A DNA stretch of 64,000 nt, from NCBI GenBank assembly GCA_018814445.1, contig JAHIZV010000218.1, positions 2,285-66,284 of the forward strand, written 5' to 3'. Under the pieces are notes generated by a model that worked only from the letters and a program-made list of their open reading frames with translations, was not told the DNA's origin and made no database searches. This DNA is from Verrucomicrobiota bacterium (lineage in GTDB: Bacteria; Verrucomicrobiota; Kiritimatiellia; JAHIZV01). Shown here one piece after another: positions 46,223-54,293 of the stretch; positions within the stretch are counted from its first letter, which is position 1, and each line of letters starts with the position of its first letter. A program made the position numbers and the translations under genes.

Positions 46223-46854
46223 TCCATGAGACGTCGAAGCAGGCCCAGAACCAGCCCCCCTGCGAGCAGGAGAAGGAACGATGTCGGCTCTGGAATCAGC
46301 TGCAGGTTATTGAAGAAGATGTCGTAGGGAACGCCGCTCCCGTGCGGGTCCACCTGCAGGTGCAACCAGCTCAGATCCGACAGATCAAGGCCGGGCGTTG
46401 TTCCTGGATTTCCAATGAAGCTGTCGTCAATCCCTACGGTCTGAGGTACGGGACTAATCGGGAAGGTCAGGAGATGGTGCCCGGCGGCCAGCACTTCCCA
46501 GCGGTAGTTATATTGCGTGCCGTCACCGTCCTCGAGCAGCGCAATAACGTTGGGGAAATCACCGGCATTCACATCTATGTCGAGTTCTACATCCGTCTGG
46601 CCGGACGCATCGATATTCGGATTGATGTTGTACGCGCCACCTCCGAAATTCACGGCCTGCACATTGTAGTCGTTCGGATTCGAGACAAGCGTTGCATTCG
46701 TCCAGGATGAATAAGTGAAGTCGAGATTGAAGCTGTTGAAGTCCTCAATGAGAACCGGTGCAGCCTTTGCCGGCAGAACGGAAGCCCAAACGAGGCTTGC
46801 TGCTGCAACAAGGCAAACGGTGAGTCTAAGGGACAACGTCCGATCTCGCTTCAT
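46210..46854 (-). CDS. PEP-CTERM sorting-domain secreted protein
   Basis: Strong RBS GGAAGGAGAAAG before 'MKRDRTLSLRLTVCLVAAASLVWA'. C-terminus 'LIPEPTSFLLLLAGGLVLGLLRRL'. Confidence 0.75.
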   Translation of the reverse strand: MKRDRTLSLRLTVCLVAAASLVWASVLPAKAAPVLIEDFNSFNLDFTYSSWTNATLVSNPNDYNVQAVNFGGGAYNINPNIDASGQTDVELDIDVNAGDFPNVIALLEDGDGTQYNYRWEVLAAGHHLLTFPISPVPQTVGIDDSFIGNPGTTPGLDLSDLSWLHLQVDPHGSGVPYDIFFNNLQLIPEPTSFLLLLAGGLVLGLLRRLMDYGA

Positions 46855-46909
46855 CACACTTTCTCCTTCCTCATCATCTTGACGCACGGGTACATCCTTG
46901 CGCACGCTA

Positions 46910-47527
46910 TTAGAAGATGTGTCCACTCTTGTAGAACCGGTTGGTTTCGGCACCTTCCAGCCCAAGGTCTTCGGTGGCGACCCACTCCGCATGCCCATCC
47001 AGAAATGCTATGTTGATGCCTGTTTTGTGAGGGGTGTCGTCTCCCTGGTAAGGAAAATCGTAGGCATATGCAGCTTCGGCCGGATAGAGGATGCCGCCTG
47101 ATTTCCGAATGATAGCGTCGTGGGAGCAGAGGAATCCATTCATCTCATATTGAGTGTAGAAGGCACCGTAGTTGCCTTCAGGGTCCGCTGGCACCGCACA
47201 GTTCCAATGGTCCTCAGTCCCATCGTTCGAAGGACAATTGAAGACATTCACATTGTCGTCGAGATACGGCAGAAGCTGGGCCGTCGCAGCCCCCCAGTCT
47301 ATTCCCGAATTTCCGGTGTTCCCTCGATAAGGCAATTCGGGATCTGAATCATCAAAAAGCTTAGCCGCCGCCGTCGCGATCATACGCACGTTGTTCAAAC
47401 AGTAGGTCCGCCGCCCCCTCTCCAGAATACTCGTGACGACCGGCGTGAGAAGGGCTGCGAGCAGAAGGATAATGCCCATCACGACAAGCAATTCCATCAA
47501 CGTGAATCCATGGCTGCGTTTCTTCAT
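46910..47527 (-). CDS. Prepilin-type N-terminal cleavage/methylation protein with a DUF1559 (H-X9-DG) domain (type II secretion/type IV pilus pseudopilin-like)
   Basis: 'KRSHGFTLMELLVVMGIILLLAALL' class-III signal (G|FTLxE). C-terminal 'NIAFLDGHAEWV'. The track start at 47554 adds 9 residues. Confidence 0.8.
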   Translation of the reverse strand: MKKRSHGFTLMELLVVMGIILLLAALLTPVVTSILERGRRTYCLNNVRMIATAAAKLFDDSDPELPYRGNTGNSGIDWGAATAQLLPYLDDNVNVFNCPSNDGTEDHWNCAVPADPEGNYGAFYTQYEMNGFLCSHDAIIRKSGGILYPAEAAYAYDFPYQGDDTPHKTGINIAFLDGHAEWVATEDLGLEGAETNRFYKSGHIF

Positions 47528-47579
47528 GATCTGCTGGCATGAAATCATTGCCATGTCGCTTCATCTATATCTGCGCAAC

Positions 47580-47589
47580 TTTACGTATA
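47580..47589. promoter_or_regulatory. Imperfect copy of the palindromic box (TTTACGTATA) in the divergent promoter between the pseudopilin gene and the 47646 gene
   Basis: 'CAACTTTACGTATAGCCG': 9/10 match to TTTACGTAAA. Confidence 0.3.
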
Positions 47590-47645
47590 GCCGCGGCGCC
47601 TTATGCGGGACGCCGCTCGTCTGGTTGAATCATCAGGAATCAGCT

Positions 47646-48215
47646 ATGCGACACCGAATCATCATTACGGGTTTTGCTCTTGTCTTGAGTCTTCAGACTG
47701 CGCTTCCCGCCCATGGCAAATCCGGATCCGGCACAAAGTATCCGATATTCGGCCGGGTGTGGACGGAGGAAGAACTGCGCGAGGCCTACGAAAAGGTCTG
47801 GCGACTTTACGTCGTTGATCAGAGCAGCCGCATGATCCTTTACCATTGGGAGCGGGGAGCCTTTCTCCTTTCCGGGTCGATCAAGGACCGCGCTCCAGAC
47901 AGGAGGCTGATTATTGAGAGCGGCGGAAAGCTGGCGGCGGTCCAGTGTGAGGAGCTTATTACCTGGCGGTCCGGTGACACGATTGAACTGATGGTGCGCG
48001 AGGCGGGCACTCCGCAGTTCTCCTACAAGACGGAGGCCGGGACGCGTGAAAGCCTGCCCCAGTACGCTGACCTGACGCTTTCCTTCCGCGACTTCGTACG
48101 CTCCCTGCGTCGGGGACAGCACTATCCGGAACTCCCTGAATTGGGAACGAAGGCGAATAGAAAAGGGCTCTTCCGCACGGAGCGCGTAAAGACTAACTCC
48201 ATTGTCGACCGCTAA
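47646..48215 (+). CDS. Hypothetical secreted protein
   Basis: RBS AGGAA. Signal 'MRHRIIITGFALVLSLQTALPAHG'. No recognisable family. The track ORF from 47433 has a non-signal N-terminal extension. Confidence 0.45.
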   Translation: MRHRIIITGFALVLSLQTALPAHGKSGSGTKYPIFGRVWTEEELREAYEKVWRLYVVDQSSRMILYHWERGAFLLSGSIKDRAPDRRLIIESGGKLAAVQCEELITWRSGDTIELMVREAGTPQFSYKTEAGTRESLPQYADLTLSFRDFVRSLRRGQHYPELPELGTKANRKGLFRTERVKTNSIVDR

Positions 48216-50125
48216 CCTGCTTCCGGCGGACAGAGCAGCAGCGAGAAGGTGCAGGTTACGGGACCGTTCTCTATCCTGAGGAGAATCGTATTGAATCCCT
48301 GATCGAAATGGACCCGGCGGAAGCCTTCATCAATGCGCCACGGGCTGAAGCCGCGGTCCTGCCAGATGACGGTGTCGTTGATCCACACTTTTGCCGCGTC
48401 GTCTGAGGCGACGGCAACAATCATCTCGGTGGGTTCCTCGAAATACACCTCCGTATACCCGTAGTACGTCGAGCCCTCCATTTCCCGGGGCGGCTTGATG
48501 CGGATATTGTCGCTCTGATGAAATTGCCAGCGGATAACCTGATCGTTCTTGCCGACATATTCGGCGTCCAGGTCGACCAGCGTTTCCGGTGGAAGCGGAT
48601 CGTCGAAACCTGTCCGCCAGCCGTTCTCCCAAGGTCCTATCACATACCACGTGTCGATGTATAACCAGCCCGTTCGCGGGCTGTTGCGGTTGAACTTGCG
48701 TCCGGGGAGCGCCTGCTTCAGAACTTCCTCCTCGGAAAGCCGCGATGGACCGCGCGCCTGCCGCACCTCATCGCTCTGACCGGCGAAACCGGTCCGGATG
48801 CTTTTATGCGTGATATCCTGTCCGCCGCCGACCGCTCCGAAAGAAGCGTTGTCGCCGGTGTGGTTCTGCATGAACGGGCTCACGTCCACGTAGCGTCCCA
48901 GGTTTCCGCGAGCGGCATTCGCCAGCACAGCGGCCCGGCCTGCCGCGCCCTGCGTGCCCTCACCCTTTCCCTGCGCGCCCTCTCCGCCTTTCATACCGGC
49001 GATCTTCCTGCCGGTCTGTCCCATATTCTGTGCCTGCTGCCACATGTCGTGTACGTCACGCTCGGCCCGGTCCAGACCGGCTCGATACGCGTTCAGTTCC
49101 GCGATGGTCCGGGGCGGATCAGGCAGTGTGCCGGGCGAGAACTGCCGGGTTGGAGGCGGCACGCTGACGGCCTGCCAGGCGTCAGCCAGCGGCTTGTTCT
49201 CGTTCATCGCAATGTCCGCGGCCTTGACGGCTGTGAACAGCGCCTCGATATCCTCCTGCAATCCCGCGGCGGCCTCGTGCAGTTCGGGAACAGACATTCC
49301 CTCCAGCGATTGCTCCCAGTCCGGTTCGAGCGGACCCGGCGGTTCGTAACGTTCCGGGAGGTCATTCATTTCTTCCAACTCAAACGCTTCCACCTCGCGC
49401 AGAAGCCCGCTGATCTGATCGCGCGTGTAATTGACAAGGTACGCGACATGGTTGTCGTGGCGGACACGCTCTTCGTCCTGCACATACGCTTTCTGCGCTT
49501 CATCCAATTGCCGTATATACTCGTCCTGTCGGGAGCAGGTGATGCCGTGCGAGTCGCGAACGCGCTGCAGTACGCTGGGCAGGATGAGTCTTTCCGGCGC
49601 CGCCGTTACTCGCGTTTCGAAATCGGTCGATGCTGTGTGTACGAGCGGCGCAGCGGAAAGATCGGATTCACGATCCTGATTCTCCGCCCGCTCCACAAGC
49701 TGCGTGGTCAGCGGGTAGAGTTGATAGTAGAAGAACATACTTACGTCCTCAAATGAACGTACCTTGACTTCATCGAGTTGCAGCCGCTCCGCTTCCTGGA
49801 GTTCATCGCGGACTCGCTTCATGTCCTTGAGACGCTCTATCATCTTCTTCGCGCGTTTCTCTTCCTCGCCCCGCTTCAACTTCGTTGCGTCGTCCTCGCG
49901 CAGTTCCGTCCGATCGCGCTCCCGCCGCTTCCTTTCCTCCAGCCTCTTCAGGCGCTGCTGCGCCTGTTCATCGAGCTCCCGCACGTCAGCGGCCGTTTGT
50001 TCGAGCCGGCTCACCCGCAACGCGTCGATCGACACAAAGAGCAGGACAAGCGCAGCCTGAAGCGCAGCCGAGACGGCGAGAATGACCGGAAGGCGAACCC
50101 GTTTATCTGGTGTTGTAGAATTCAT
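48212..50125 (-). CDS. TolA/TonB-like membrane-anchored coiled-coil protein with a C-terminal jelly-roll (galactose-binding-domain-like) domain. It is the last gene of the exbB-exbD-exbD operon.
   Basis: N-terminal TM 'RLPVILAVSAALQAALVLLFV'. A long K/R/E-rich coiled coil follows ('EQAQQRLKRLEERKRRERDRTELRE ... EEEKRAKKMIERLKD'). C-terminal 'AKVWINDTVIWQDRGFSPWRIDEGFRRVHFDQGFNTILLRIENG' resembles the GH2-N/GBD sugar-binding beta-sandwich. Overlaps exbD by ~23 nt. Confidence 0.55.
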   Translation of the reverse strand: MNSTTPDKRVRLPVILAVSAALQAALVLLFVSIDALRVSRLEQTAADVRELDEQAQQRLKRLEERKRRERDRTELREDDATKLKRGEEEKRAKKMIERLKDMKRVRDELQEAERLQLDEVKVRSFEDVSMFFYYQLYPLTTQLVERAENQDRESDLSAAPLVHTASTDFETRVTAAPERLILPSVLQRVRDSHGITCSRQDEYIRQLDEAQKAYVQDEERVRHDNHVAYLVNYTRDQISGLLREVEAFELEEMNDLPERYEPPGPLEPDWEQSLEGMSVPELHEAAAGLQEDIEALFTAVKAADIAMNENKPLADAWQAVSVPPPTRQFSPGTLPDPPRTIAELNAYRAGLDRAERDVHDMWQQAQNMGQTGRKIAGMKGGEGAQGKGEGTQGAAGRAAVLANAARGNLGRYVDVSPFMQNHTGDNASFGAVGGGQDITHKSIRTGFAGQSDEVRQARGPSRLSEEEVLKQALPGRKFNRNSPRTGWLYIDTWYVIGPWENGWRTGFDDPLPPETLVDLDAEYVGKNDQVIRWQFHQSDNIRIKPPREMEGSTYYGYTEVYFEEPTEMIVAVASDDAAKVWINDTVIWQDRGFSPWRIDEGFRRVHFDQGFNTILLRIENGPVTCTFSLLLCPPEAG

Positions 50126-50528
50126 CGTAGGTGCGAATGCCCACATTGACCAGGCCGTTGAACCTGCAGAGATCGAGTACTTCGATCACGCGGTGAGTCG
50201 GCGTATCCCGGTCGACATCGAGCCGGATCTGCACGTCAGGCTCCTTGACCCCGACCTCTCTGATTTCTGTGTGAAGCGATTGAATCGTCGTCTCTTCTCC
50301 TTCGAAAAAGACGTCCCCGTCCTCATTGATACCGATGACGTAGTTGTCATCGGACGGCATCATCCTTTCCGCGGAGGTGGATTCGGGCAGTTCAATGTCG
50401 ATGTCGCGGTTGATCTTCCTGATCATCGTTGAGACGAGAAAGAAGATCAGCAGGAGAAAGACTGCATCGATCAAAGGCGAAAGCGGAATGCCTTCGTCTT
50501 CGTCATTGTCCTGTCGGCCTGTCAGCAT
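50103..50528 (-). CDS. exbD: Biopolymer transport protein ExbD/TolR (copy 2)
   Basis: 'IPLSPLIDAVFLLLIFFLVSTMI' single-TM ExbD/TolR signature. 141 aa. Confidence 0.85.
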   Translation of the reverse strand: MLTGRQDNDEDEGIPLSPLIDAVFLLLIFFLVSTMIRKINRDIDIELPESTSAERMMPSDDNYVIGINEDGDVFFEGEETTIQSLHTEIREVGVKEPDVQIRLDVDRDTPTHRVIEVLDLCRFNGLVNVGIRTYDEFYNTR

Positions 50529-50532
50529 GTGG

Positions 50533-51000
50533 TTACTCTTCGAACGGCTGGCGGATCTTGACGCTCACGTTCATGAAGCCGCGTAGTTTGCAGATGTCGA
50601 GAGCGTCGATCGTCCTTTGAAACGGCGTCTCGCGGGCGATGTCGAAACGTATGGGGCGAAGGAGCACTTCCGGACCTATGTCCCGCGCAAGCCGGTCGAG
50701 GTACTGGTCGAGTGTAGTGCCTCCCTGATATGAAAGGGCTCCGAAGCGGTCGCGTCCTGCGGGTTCGAGAAACGCACCGTCCCCGGACAGGCCGATGATC
50801 AGGGTGTCGTCGCGGGCTTCCGCGGACAGCGCCGAAGACGAGTCGGGCATGGTAATCGGAATCATCGTCTCCTTGCGCTTCAGCATCGTTGTCACTAGGA
50901 AGAAGATCAGCAGAAGGAACACGCAGTCGATCAGCGGGGACAGCGGAACATCCGCTTCATCTTCCACGCCGGGAACCCTTCTGTTGCGGCGGTAGAGCAT
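50533..51000 (-). CDS. exbD: Biopolymer transport protein ExbD/TolR (copy 1)
   Basis: 'VPLSPLIDCVFLLLIFFLVTTML'. 155 aa. 4-nt spacers on both sides. Confidence 0.85.
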   Translation of the reverse strand: MLYRRNRRVPGVEDEADVPLSPLIDCVFLLLIFFLVTTMLKRKETMIPITMPDSSSALSAEARDDTLIIGLSGDGAFLEPAGRDRFGALSYQGGTTLDQYLDRLARDIGPEVLLRPIRFDIARETPFQRTIDALDICKLRGFMNVSVKIRQPFEE

Positions 51001-51004
51001 GGGT

Positions 51005-51718
51005 TCAGGCGCCGGGCTTCTTCAGCAGCCAGGCGTTGATGAGGCGGTCCATCTCCTCGTCCAGCAGACGACCGAGGGACTGGATTTTGAATTTAAACAG
51101 GTGGTACAGGCCCAGAGAGGGAATGGCTATGATCAGTCCGAGCGCAGTGGTAATCAAAGCCTTGGAGATGCTGCCCGCGAGAATCGTCGCCCCACCCTCG
51201 TCGCCATAGATCTCTACGAGTTTGAAAGATTCGATCATACCGATAATGGTGCCGAGGAGTCCGAGCAGCGGAGCAAGTCCGGCAATCACCGCCAGCCCGT
51301 ACGCCTTCTTCTGTTCGTTAAGCAGTTCTCGATTGCCGATATCCGACGCGCCCTGAATGAGCAGTTCAGGGGGAGCTTCACGATGCTCGGCCAGGAAGGC
51401 TGCCATCCGGCTGATGGTCGAGGGGTGTTTCTCGCAGTACTCGTGCAGCTGCTGAAAACGCCCTGCGTGCCAGAGCGGAAGAACACTTTGCGTGAACTCT
51501 GCGGACACGATCCTTGCCGCCCGTAGATTGATCACCCTTTCGACTGCGATCGTTACCATCACAAACGTGAGAATGAACAGCGCGATGCCTGTGTTTCCCC
51601 CTTTTGTCAGTTCGTGAAGCCAGTCAATTTCGGCCGAAATCGTCTCCCCTCCCGAAACCTGCGCGAATGTGGTGAGAGGAGTTGTCAGGAAGATAAGAGT
51701 AGCCCATCGATACAACAT
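51005..51718 (-). CDS. exbB: MotA/TolQ/ExbB proton-channel protein
   Basis: Three TM helices. C-terminal 'LGLLGTIIGMIESF ... ALITTALGLIIAIP' MotA/TolQ/ExbB signature. The start codon abuts the stop of the upstream beta-helix gene. Confidence 0.85.
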   Translation of the reverse strand: MLYRWATLIFLTTPLTTFAQVSGGETISAEIDWLHELTKGGNTGIALFILTFVMVTIAVERVINLRAARIVSAEFTQSVLPLWHAGRFQQLHEYCEKHPSTISRMAAFLAEHREAPPELLIQGASDIGNRELLNEQKKAYGLAVIAGLAPLLGLLGTIIGMIESFKLVEIYGDEGGATILAGSISKALITTALGLIIAIPSLGLYHLFKFKIQSLGRLLDEEMDRLINAWLLKKPGA

Positions 51719-53470
51719 CTACATGTCCCTCCGCGTCGTGATATCCTGCTTGACCGTGAAGCCGGAGCCGCTCTCGTTGTTGATTAAACCGGAGGCCTCG
51801 CCTTCTGTGTCGAGGCCGATGATAACGAGCGAGCCCTGTGCGTTCGGCAGAATGTGAATACCTTCTGCTTTAAGCTTCTTGAGGCGGACATTACGAATCT
51901 CAGCATCGGCGACACGTTTCGGGCCCTGAACGCTGATTGCCGCGCCGTAGGGATCTTCGATATCCACGCCGGCGATCCGCACAGGTATCTCGATGTCCCG
52001 CTCCGGGGCGTGAAGCCATAGTCCACCGACGGACGAGCCGAAATAGCTCTCGCTTCCGGTTTGAATGAGCCGGTTGGACTGGATAACAATCGTGCCCCCA
52101 AAGGGCTCGGCCCCGTGTCCGGTGCTGAGGGTGATACCGGCTCCCGCATACACGTTCCCTATGACGGTATTGCCGATCACCCGATGATTACTTCCCCCGT
52201 AAATCGCGATGCCGTTTGCGAGCCAGGGGATCTCAACACGGTTATGCAGGAAGACGTTGCTGCTGCAGGGAACGCCCGAGGCCCATGAGGCTGTCGGCGA
52301 CCATGTAGCCAGACCGTCATCGCCGGTATTGCGGATATGCGAGCGCTCAACCCTGCACCTGCTTGATCCATCGCAGAAGTTGATACCATCCGCCATGGTA
52401 TTGCGAATACGGCAGTCGATAATCCGCAGATCACGAGTGCCGGGCGTGGACCATACACCGCATTTCACATGTTCGATCCACAAACGTTCCAGCAGGCTCC
52501 CCTCGCCCAGGTTGCCGTTGAAAGCATTATCAGCGGTCGCGTCGAACCTCTGATCGATATTTCCGAAAATCGCCAGATCACTCATCCGGAAGGTCTCCCC
52601 GTTGCCGCGGAATAGAACCGCGGAACCGGTCAGTCTGCTATGCCACATTCCGGAGCCCTGAATGGCAACTCCGCCCAGTGTGATGGGTGAGCCGTCGAGT
52701 CGGTAAGTTCCCGGCGGAATCCAAACGGTACGCCCCTCGTCTTTGGCCTGCTGGATTGCAGCAAGAAACGCGGGAGCGTCGTTGATGCCATCGTCCGCCT
52801 TCGCGCCATGATTGGTGATGGAAAGACTGTCTGCGGGTGCGGCGATTGGCGGCGGGACCTGTTCCAGTTCGATGAGATCGACGAGGTAGTAGGCGGCGGA
52901 ATCACCTTCGTCTATTTGCAGCCGCAATGTATCCCCGGGCTTTACCGCGTCAATCTGCGCATGGCTTTCGTCGAAGAACCGGTGCGGTTTCCCGTGGTCA
53001 GGGTGATTGAACCAGGGGAATCGACCGTAGACCCAGGCATAGCGGGACGACAGTTCCATTTTCTGCAGAAACTCGTCGTTCCGATACAGGCTCAGGGTTG
53101 CGTCGGTGCCGCGGCCCTCCGGCGCATCGGGAATCGAGGCCCGGACAACGATCGTGTTGGCGGGCTCGGTTACCTCGACTTCCACGAAGTCACCCATGTT
53201 CTCGAGGCGGACATAGCTTTTGCCCGAGGCTTCCGCTTCGGGGGTCAGATACTTACGGGAAGGGCCGTGCAAAGCGCCCTGGAACTGCCCGCTTTCGGCT
53301 TCATACGAAACCCAGGGAAACGGATCGGCGAGGCCCATCCCTTCCGGCGGCGCGGATGGCGGAGTAACGCATCCTCCCGCAGCCAGGAGAAAGCCGCCGC
53401 AAAGGCAAAGCCGCAAAGCAGCGAGGGCTGGTTGAATGCTTCTATGGTTCTTCTGGTGTCGATCCATCAT
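51719..53470 (-). CDS. Lipoprotein with an N-terminal CBM6/CBM35-like domain and a right-handed beta-helix (pectin-lyase-fold) catalytic-like domain. It is co-transcribed with exbB-exbD-exbD.
   Basis: Lipobox 'LAAGGCV'. 'VSYEAESGQFQGALHG ... ASGKSYVRLENMGDFVEVEV' (CBM6/35-type 'YEAE ... ASG'). Beta-helix repeats 'NTMADGINFCDGSSRCRV', 'NTGDDGLATWS', 'NGIAIYGGSNHRVIGNTV'. Confidence 0.7.
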   Translation of the reverse strand: MMDRHQKNHRSIQPALAALRLCLCGGFLLAAGGCVTPPSAPPEGMGLADPFPWVSYEAESGQFQGALHGPSRKYLTPEAEASGKSYVRLENMGDFVEVEVTEPANTIVVRASIPDAPEGRGTDATLSLYRNDEFLQKMELSSRYAWVYGRFPWFNHPDHGKPHRFFDESHAQIDAVKPGDTLRLQIDEGDSAAYYLVDLIELEQVPPPIAAPADSLSITNHGAKADDGINDAPAFLAAIQQAKDEGRTVWIPPGTYRLDGSPITLGGVAIQGSGMWHSRLTGSAVLFRGNGETFRMSDLAIFGNIDQRFDATADNAFNGNLGEGSLLERLWIEHVKCGVWSTPGTRDLRIIDCRIRNTMADGINFCDGSSRCRVERSHIRNTGDDGLATWSPTASWASGVPCSSNVFLHNRVEIPWLANGIAIYGGSNHRVIGNTVIGNVYAGAGITLSTGHGAEPFGGTIVIQSNRLIQTGSESYFGSSVGGLWLHAPERDIEIPVRIAGVDIEDPYGAAISVQGPKRVADAEIRNVRLKKLKAEGIHILPNAQGSLVIIGLDTEGEASGLINNESGSGFTVKQDITTRRDM

Positions 53471-53981
53471 CTTCCTCCACCGGTATGAGGATAAACTTCA
53501 TGCTCAGCCAGGCCTGGCTGAGCGGATCATACTGCACCTTGTCGGTTCCGGAATTCTCAAGGCTGATATAGGCTGTCTTCTGCCACAGGTTGTGAATCCG
53601 GCAGAAGGAGCCCTCAAGCACCAGGTTCCAACGGAAGCTGAGGAAAGTGGGCTCCATCGAAGAGACCTCAACAAAGCCTTCACGCCCTTCGATATTCAGC
53701 GCGTCTCCGGTCACCCGGTTACGAATCCAGTATCCCGGCGCGTCGGGGATGACCTCGAGATACCAATGGCCTCGCTGATCGTCCGCCTTCAATCCGGCGT
53801 CGTACAGAAGAAAGCGGCTGCCCTCCTGCTGGTACAGGCAGGCATCTCCGTAAAGGCCCTTCACCCGCACGAAGAGCGGCGAGTCCTCGCCTACGAATTC
53901 CTCAACGGTTAGGGCTAGTGATAACGGCGCAGCGATGGCGAGGATCGCCAAGGCAAAGAGGAAGTAGCGAAATCTAAGCAT
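53442..53981 (-). CDS. Hypothetical secreted protein, first gene of the operon
   Basis: Signal 'MLRFRYFLFALAILAIAAPLSLA'. Its 3' end overlaps the next gene by ~29 nt. Confidence 0.45.
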   Translation of the reverse strand: MLRFRYFLFALAILAIAAPLSLALTVEEFVGEDSPLFVRVKGLYGDACLYQQEGSRFLLYDAGLKADDQRGHWYLEVIPDAPGYWIRNRVTGDALNIEGREGFVEVSSMEPTFLSFRWNLVLEGSFCRIHNLWQKTAYISLENSGTDKVQYDPLSQAWLSMKFILIPVEEDDGSTPEEP

Positions 53982-54071
53982 ACGTGTCTCTCCTTAACTG
54001 TTGCAGATACTAGTTTCCAAAAAGGTCGCGTGCAACGTGATAGTGGCCGGTGTAGAAGCATGGGTTCGTTA

Positions 54072-54287
54072 TCAATCAAAATGCCGCATAACCGGTTTCG
54101 GCGAACGGTCCTCATAGCACAATCCCCAGTGCTTCCTGAGTATCGCCAGATCCTCTTTGATCTGTTCGCAAGAAGGGTAGATGTTCTCTCGAGGATTCTG
54201 TCCCGCACGATACCCGGAACAGCAGATGGCGTTGCAGAAATAGGCTCCCGTCAATTCGGTCAATTTGTCTGCCGGAGTCTTGTTCAT
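54072..54287 (-). CDS. Possible small Cys-containing protein (71 aa) immediately downstream of the GH1 gene
   Basis: RBS GAGGTG 7 nt before the ATG. 5 Cys, including 'CNAICC'. No homology recognised. An overlapping alternative ORF exists on the same strand. Confidence 0.3.
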   Translation of the reverse strand: MNKTPADKLTELTGAYFCNAICCSGYRAGQNPRENIYPSCEQIKEDLAILRKHWGLCYEDRSPKPVMRHFD

Positions 54288-54293
54288 CTTTGA

